Shown here in pieces: positions 60,247 through 64,000 of a stretch of 64,000 nt of DNA (its first letter is position 1; each line of letters starts with the position of its first letter). This DNA is from Promethearchaeota archaeon. Lineage in GTDB: Archaea; Asgardarchaeota; Lokiarchaeia; Sigyniarchaeales; SOKP01. Below the pieces are notes generated by a model. That model saw nothing but the letters and a program-made list of their open reading frames with translations, ran no database searches and was not told the origin of the DNA. Made by a program: the position numbers and the translations under genes. The DNA lies in assembly GCA_048941285.1 (NCBI GenBank), contig JBHLNS010000008.1:1-64000 (forward strand), written 5' to 3'.

Positions 60247-61062
60247 TTAGACTGGAATATCTCGTTTATTAAATATTATAATGGATGAAGTTGCCAAACC
60301 TATAGAATAACCTAAAAGGATTAAAACATGTAACGCTACGTTATCCCAAATATGGTTCACGAGGAGATTAGACATATCTGAATAAAAGAAGATGCTCATA
60401 CGTTTAATCTCTTGAACTCCTTCTGGAAATGATTTCCAAAATTGTCCAACGGCGTAGAAAAATATCACTGCTCCTAATCCTAAAGCTAATGCCTTTTTTG
60501 ACGATAAGAAAGTAGAGAAAACGAATCCCGTACTTATTAATGCAACCATAAAAATAAAATTCCATAAAAATGCGAAGAGTATTTCGTTGAAAAAAATATC
60601 ATTAGCATTTACGGAAGGAAATATTAAAATTCCTGAAAGAACGCTCATCATGACAAAATAATATATTATTAAAATTTCAATAATTAGAGATAAATACTTC
60701 CCTAAACTAAGTTCGAAGCGTTTAACGGGTTTTGAGAGTAACATTTCAATTGTTTTATCCTCTATCTCTTTTGGGATGTTCTGTGCAGACTTTAATATAA
60801 AATAGATACCAAAGTAGAAAAAAGATACTGAAAACAAATAAACGTTAAGAAAACCTCCAAATTCAGCGAGATTATAAAATTCTCCAACAATCTGCTTGAT
60901 AGCATCGGGATAACCCTCAAATATTTCCTCCATACCGGCAAATAGCTCAGGATCAAAAAATGTTACAAACCAGATGAAGAAGAGTGACATAATACCTGTA
61001 TAAATCAAGAGACTTTTGTAATGATTTTGTAGTTCATTCCAGACAATTTGTATTACTTTCAT
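60247..61062 (-). CDS. ABC-2 type transporter permease
   Basis: EIEDKTIEMLLSKPVKR…FNKRDIP, six TM segments. Confidence 0.9.
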   Translation of the reverse strand: MKVIQIVWNELQNHYKSLLIYTGIMSLFFIWFVTFFDPELFAGMEEIFEGYPDAIKQIVGEFYNLAEFGGFLNVYLFSVSFFYFGIYFILKSAQNIPKEIEDKTIEMLLSKPVKRFELSLGKYLSLIIEILIIYYFVMMSVLSGILIFPSVNANDIFFNEILFAFLWNFIFMVALISTGFVFSTFLSSKKALALGLGAVIFFYAVGQFWKSFPEGVQEIKRMSIFFYSDMSNLLVNHIWDNVALHVLILLGYSIGLATSSIIIFNKRDIPV

Positions 61063-62015
61063 GCGATTTCCCCTCCTTTTGATCCACTTTCTTCATAATA
61101 CTGCAAAAAAATATTCTCTAGTGTTGAATGTGTAATCGAGAAATCTTTTATAGGCATACCAGCCCAATCTCTTTCACTAATTTCGCATAATATCTTTCGA
61201 GTTGAATATGGTGGTAATAAAAATTCAAGTTGATTTTGGAAATCATATTTTATTATCGATTCAGGGTACTCTGATCCTAAGAATTTTTTAAATGACTTCT
61301 TACTTTCTGGAGTTTTAAATAACAATTCTATATGTTTCAAATTTTTAGCTTTAAGTTCGTCTACTTCAGATATTTCAGCTATTTTTCCCTTCTTGATAAT
61401 AGCTACTTGATCACAGAATTTATCTACTTCAGCGAGAACATGACTACAAAGAAATACAGTGCAATTTGATTCTTTCTGGCGCTCTGATACGATTCGATAA
61501 AATTCTGACTGCATCAAAGGATCTAACCCCGAAGTAGGTTCATCCATTATTAATAAATCAAATTTACCCATTAATGCTGATAATACACCAACTTTTTGTT
61601 TATTACCCTTACTTAAAACTCCCACCTTTCGATTCATATCTAGTTTAAGACGTTCTGTTATTTCTTTTACAAATTCCCAATCTATATCTATATCATAAAG
61701 TTTAGCAAAATATTTTATCAGTTCATATGCGGTCATATTTTTATATAGTCCCAATTCACCTGGTAAATATCCAATTCGGTTTCGAACCATTATATCCTTT
61801 TTTGGATTGATCTTTTCCCCTAATATTGTAATATCTCCAGCATCAGGATTAAGAAAACCAAGTATACATCGAATCGTGGTAGTTTTTCCTGCTCCATTTG
61901 GTCCTAAATACCCAAATCGTGATCCTTGGGGCACCTCAAATGAAATGTCGTCAACAGCTTTAACTCTACCGCGATTATAATATTTGATTAAATTTTCAAC
62001 TTCTATAGCATTCAT
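61059..62015 (-). CDS. ABC transporter ATP-binding protein
   Basis: GPNGAGKTT, LSKGNKQK, MDEPTSGLDP, CSH. Confidence 0.95.
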   Translation of the reverse strand: MNAIEVENLIKYYNRGRVKAVDDISFEVPQGSRFGYLGPNGAGKTTTIRCILGFLNPDAGDITILGEKINPKKDIMVRNRIGYLPGELGLYKNMTAYELIKYFAKLYDIDIDWEFVKEITERLKLDMNRKVGVLSKGNKQKVGVLSALMGKFDLLIMDEPTSGLDPLMQSEFYRIVSERQKESNCTVFLCSHVLAEVDKFCDQVAIIKKGKIAEISEVDELKAKNLKHIELLFKTPESKKSFKKFLGSEYPESIIKYDFQNQLEFLLPPYSTRKILCEISERDWAGMPIKDFSITHSTLENIFLQYYEESGSKGGEIA

Positions 62016-62041
62016 TTTGATTGACCTTAAGTTTTTTATTT

Positions 62042-62113
62042 TTCATGAATAATAAAGAACCCAATAAAATAATATGAAGAATGCATATTTAAATGTTCTT
62101 CATCCTTCATGAA
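62042..62113. promoter_or_regulatory. Operator-like palindromes in divergent promoter region
   Basis: TTCATGAA at 62042 and 62106; ATGAAGAA(62074)…TTCTTCAT(62096) flanking TATTTAAA. Confidence 0.5.
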
Positions 62114-62160
62114 AGATAAAAAATTATAAATAGTTTCTTGCACATTAATTATAGTAAGAA

Positions 62161-62679
62161 ATGATAGATGAGGAACTTTTGCTCGAAAATCATAAATTTG
62201 AGGGCAAAATTAAAGAATATGAACAAATTCTTATTGATTTTGTATTAGATTCAGGAAGAGCAAAAAGTGTTGATCCAAATCTTCAGTTAATTCTTGGATA
62301 CATTGGAATACACAAAAGATTAACTCAAAAACAGTTAAAAGGGCTAACAGGGCTTTCTTCAGGTACAATTTCAAAGAAATTGAGAGATATATTAGCTTTA
62401 CATGTTGTAAAAAAAGAAAGTATCCCGAAATCTAATGAATATCTTTATATCAATACCCCTGAAACTTATGGAGACACAGCTGATGCAACTCTAGAAGAAT
62501 TCATAGAAATTAATGAATTTCTTAAAAAAAAAGTTAGTGTGCTTGAGAAACTTAACGATAAAAAAGGAGCTAAATTTCTTTCACATCGAATAAAAGGATT
62601 AATAAAGACTTTTGATACAGTTCAAAATATCTGGTCTGATATAGAGTTTATTTTTACACAAAAAAAGGATAAAAATTAA
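62161..62679 (+). CDS. MarR/GbsR-like winged-helix regulator
   Basis: LTQKQLKGLTGLSSGTISKKL. Confidence 0.8.
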   Translation: MIDEELLLENHKFEGKIKEYEQILIDFVLDSGRAKSVDPNLQLILGYIGIHKRLTQKQLKGLTGLSSGTISKKLRDILALHVVKKESIPKSNEYLYINTPETYGDTADATLEEFIEINEFLKKKVSVLEKLNDKKGAKFLSHRIKGLIKTFDTVQNIWSDIEFIFTQKKDKN

Positions 62680-62681
62680 AA

Positions 62682-63212
62682 ATGAAATTAGAGGAAATAT
62701 TTGATCCTAAAATTATAGAGATTGAAAAGGAGATTATTGATAAACTATTAAATTATACAGTTTTTACTGTTCGGGGTGAAATAACATCAACGATACTCTT
62801 CTATTTTATAACTCGGAAAGATTTAACACAATCTAAGCTCCGAAAATTGACTGGTTTTTCTGCGGGAAAAATTTCTCAGGAACTTAATAATTTTCTAGAA
62901 TTTAATTTAATAAAAATTTCTAAATATTCAAAACCATGGGTTTATTCTATGGATTCTGTAGTGACAGAAACCTTCAGTAGAGCAATTAACCTCTTGAAAG
63001 CAAATATTAAATGGGAGGAGAAATTCCTCGAAATAAAAAAAGATTTGGATAATAATAAAGAAACACTTCAAAAATTAAATGGATACGACAAAGTAAAAGA
63101 TTTTCTTGAGATAAATCTAATGAGATTTGCTGGTTTTAAGGTTATAATAAAACTTTGGGAAGATCTTAAAAAAAAATATGAAAATAAATCCCTACCAAAT
63201 CAGGGGAATTAA
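62682..63212 (+). CDS. MarR/GbsR-like winged-helix regulator (tandem paralog)
   Basis: LTQSKLRKLTGFSAGKISQEL. Confidence 0.8.
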   Translation: MKLEEIFDPKIIEIEKEIIDKLLNYTVFTVRGEITSTILFYFITRKDLTQSKLRKLTGFSAGKISQELNNFLEFNLIKISKYSKPWVYSMDSVVTETFSRAINLLKANIKWEEKFLEIKKDLDNNKETLQKLNGYDKVKDFLEINLMRFAGFKVIIKLWEDLKKKYENKSLPNQGN

Positions 63213-63872
63213 TTTTTTCTTGGTTTTTTGAGCATATTCTGTGTATCCTTCAAGCTCTTCATGTAGCATTCTATCCTCCAAAACGGTACGAATTATTAAC
63301 CCGGCAACTCCAAGCATTGTAGGTATAAGTGAATAAAGAGAACCAAGGGCTAAACAATAAAATACTATAAATAAAACAAATCCAAAATACATTGGATGCC
63401 GTACTAATCTATAAGGTCCAGTAGTTATTACTTTATGATCTCGATCTTTTTGAATCTCGACTGATTTTGACAAAAAAGTGTTTTCTTTCATTACTAAAAA
63501 GATAATTGCTAATCCTAAAGTCATTCCAATAAACCCAATGATTTCAACCCAGAATGGAATGTATGACCAGCCATACTTTCGTTCAAATCCTGGTATCATA
63601 AATGTTGGAAAAAATCCGAATCCCATTAATATCATGACAATTTTATCCCATTTTTCTGTGAATTTGGGTTTAGCCCTTTTCTGGAGCATTTCAGGGTCGT
63701 GTTTATCAAAATATAAGACTACTGTTGTGAAAAAGATTGAAAATATAATAAGATAGATCCACGTCTCAAGCCAGAAAAATGTTCCCGCTGGGATAAATAA
63801 ACCTAATCCTAGGAAGGCGGTAACAATATATACAATTAATAATAATGTTGATTTGGTAATTTTTTTAGGCAT
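63192..63872 (-). CDS. Isoprenylcysteine carboxyl methyltransferase (ICMT/Ste14) family membrane protein
   Basis: ENTFLS…HKVITTGPYRLVRHPMY…EDRML..EL.GY.EY…LIPLIW. Confidence 0.88.
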   Translation of the reverse strand: MPKKITKSTLLLIVYIVTAFLGLGLFIPAGTFFWLETWIYLIIFSIFFTTVVLYFDKHDPEMLQKRAKPKFTEKWDKIVMILMGFGFFPTFMIPGFERKYGWSYIPFWVEIIGFIGMTLGLAIIFLVMKENTFLSKSVEIQKDRDHKVITTGPYRLVRHPMYFGFVLFIVFYCLALGSLYSLIPTMLGVAGLIIRTVLEDRMLHEELEGYTEYAQKTKKKLIPLIW

Positions 63873-64000
63873 AAATAAGATTAATTTTTATCACATTTAA
63901 CATTATTAGACATTTTTCTAAAAATAATATTAGATAGCATTCTGTTTTTACTAATACAAAATTATACGACATCCAATATATTTTAGCGCGATTTTTATAA

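Noticed and set aside
1397-63756. Numerous antisense or nested short ORFs in the ORF track (e.g. 30434..30841, 32005..32409, 43251..43745, 49786..50163)
   Set aside because: Shadow frames of well-supported genes with no recognisable motifs
33959-63872. Complete protein-prenylation pathway (GTPase + prenyltransferase-like + ICMT-like)
   Set aside because: Genes are unlinked, the GTPase lacks a C-terminal Cys motif, the prenyltransferase-like protein looks secreted, and ICMT-family proteins are widespread in prokaryotes
63873-63894. GTGA-N6-TTA as another non-canonical start for the ICMT gene
   Set aside because: An in-frame ATG lies four codons downstream, so no non-canonical start is needed

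Overview
AT-rich, gene-dense archaeal chromosomal segment, most likely from an Asgard archaeon (Lokiarchaeia/Promethearchaeota). This is inferred from an actin-family protein, a Rab-like small GTPase, roadblock and longin-like proteins, a ubiquitin-like protein, a Loki-type LRR family member and archaeal information genes (L37e, Sm/Lsm, tRNA splicing endonuclease, PINA, ASH-Ski2). About 60 CDSs are present. I found no rRNA, tRNA, CRISPR array or transposase. Main observations: (1) three conserved genes (ThiF/MoeB E1-like, a ubiquitin-like gene absent from the ORF track, and guaB) have no ATG/GTG/TTG start that includes their conserved N-termini, and all share GTGA-N6-ATT, the same spacing as ATG/TTG/GTG genes here, suggesting routine AUU initiation; (2) an actin-related protein with a ~130-aa double zinc-ribbon insertion and substituted catalytic residues; (3) a CorA-like/2TM-Nudix fusion divergent from nadA; (4) a Rab-like GTPase with coiled-coil neighbours; (5) a HEAT plus winged-helix-repeat (UFL1/PCI-like) scaffold, SIRT6-like and SSUH2-like proteins; (6) several small unannotated ORFs and operator-like palindromes. 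All family assignments come from motif recognition by eye, not from database searches.
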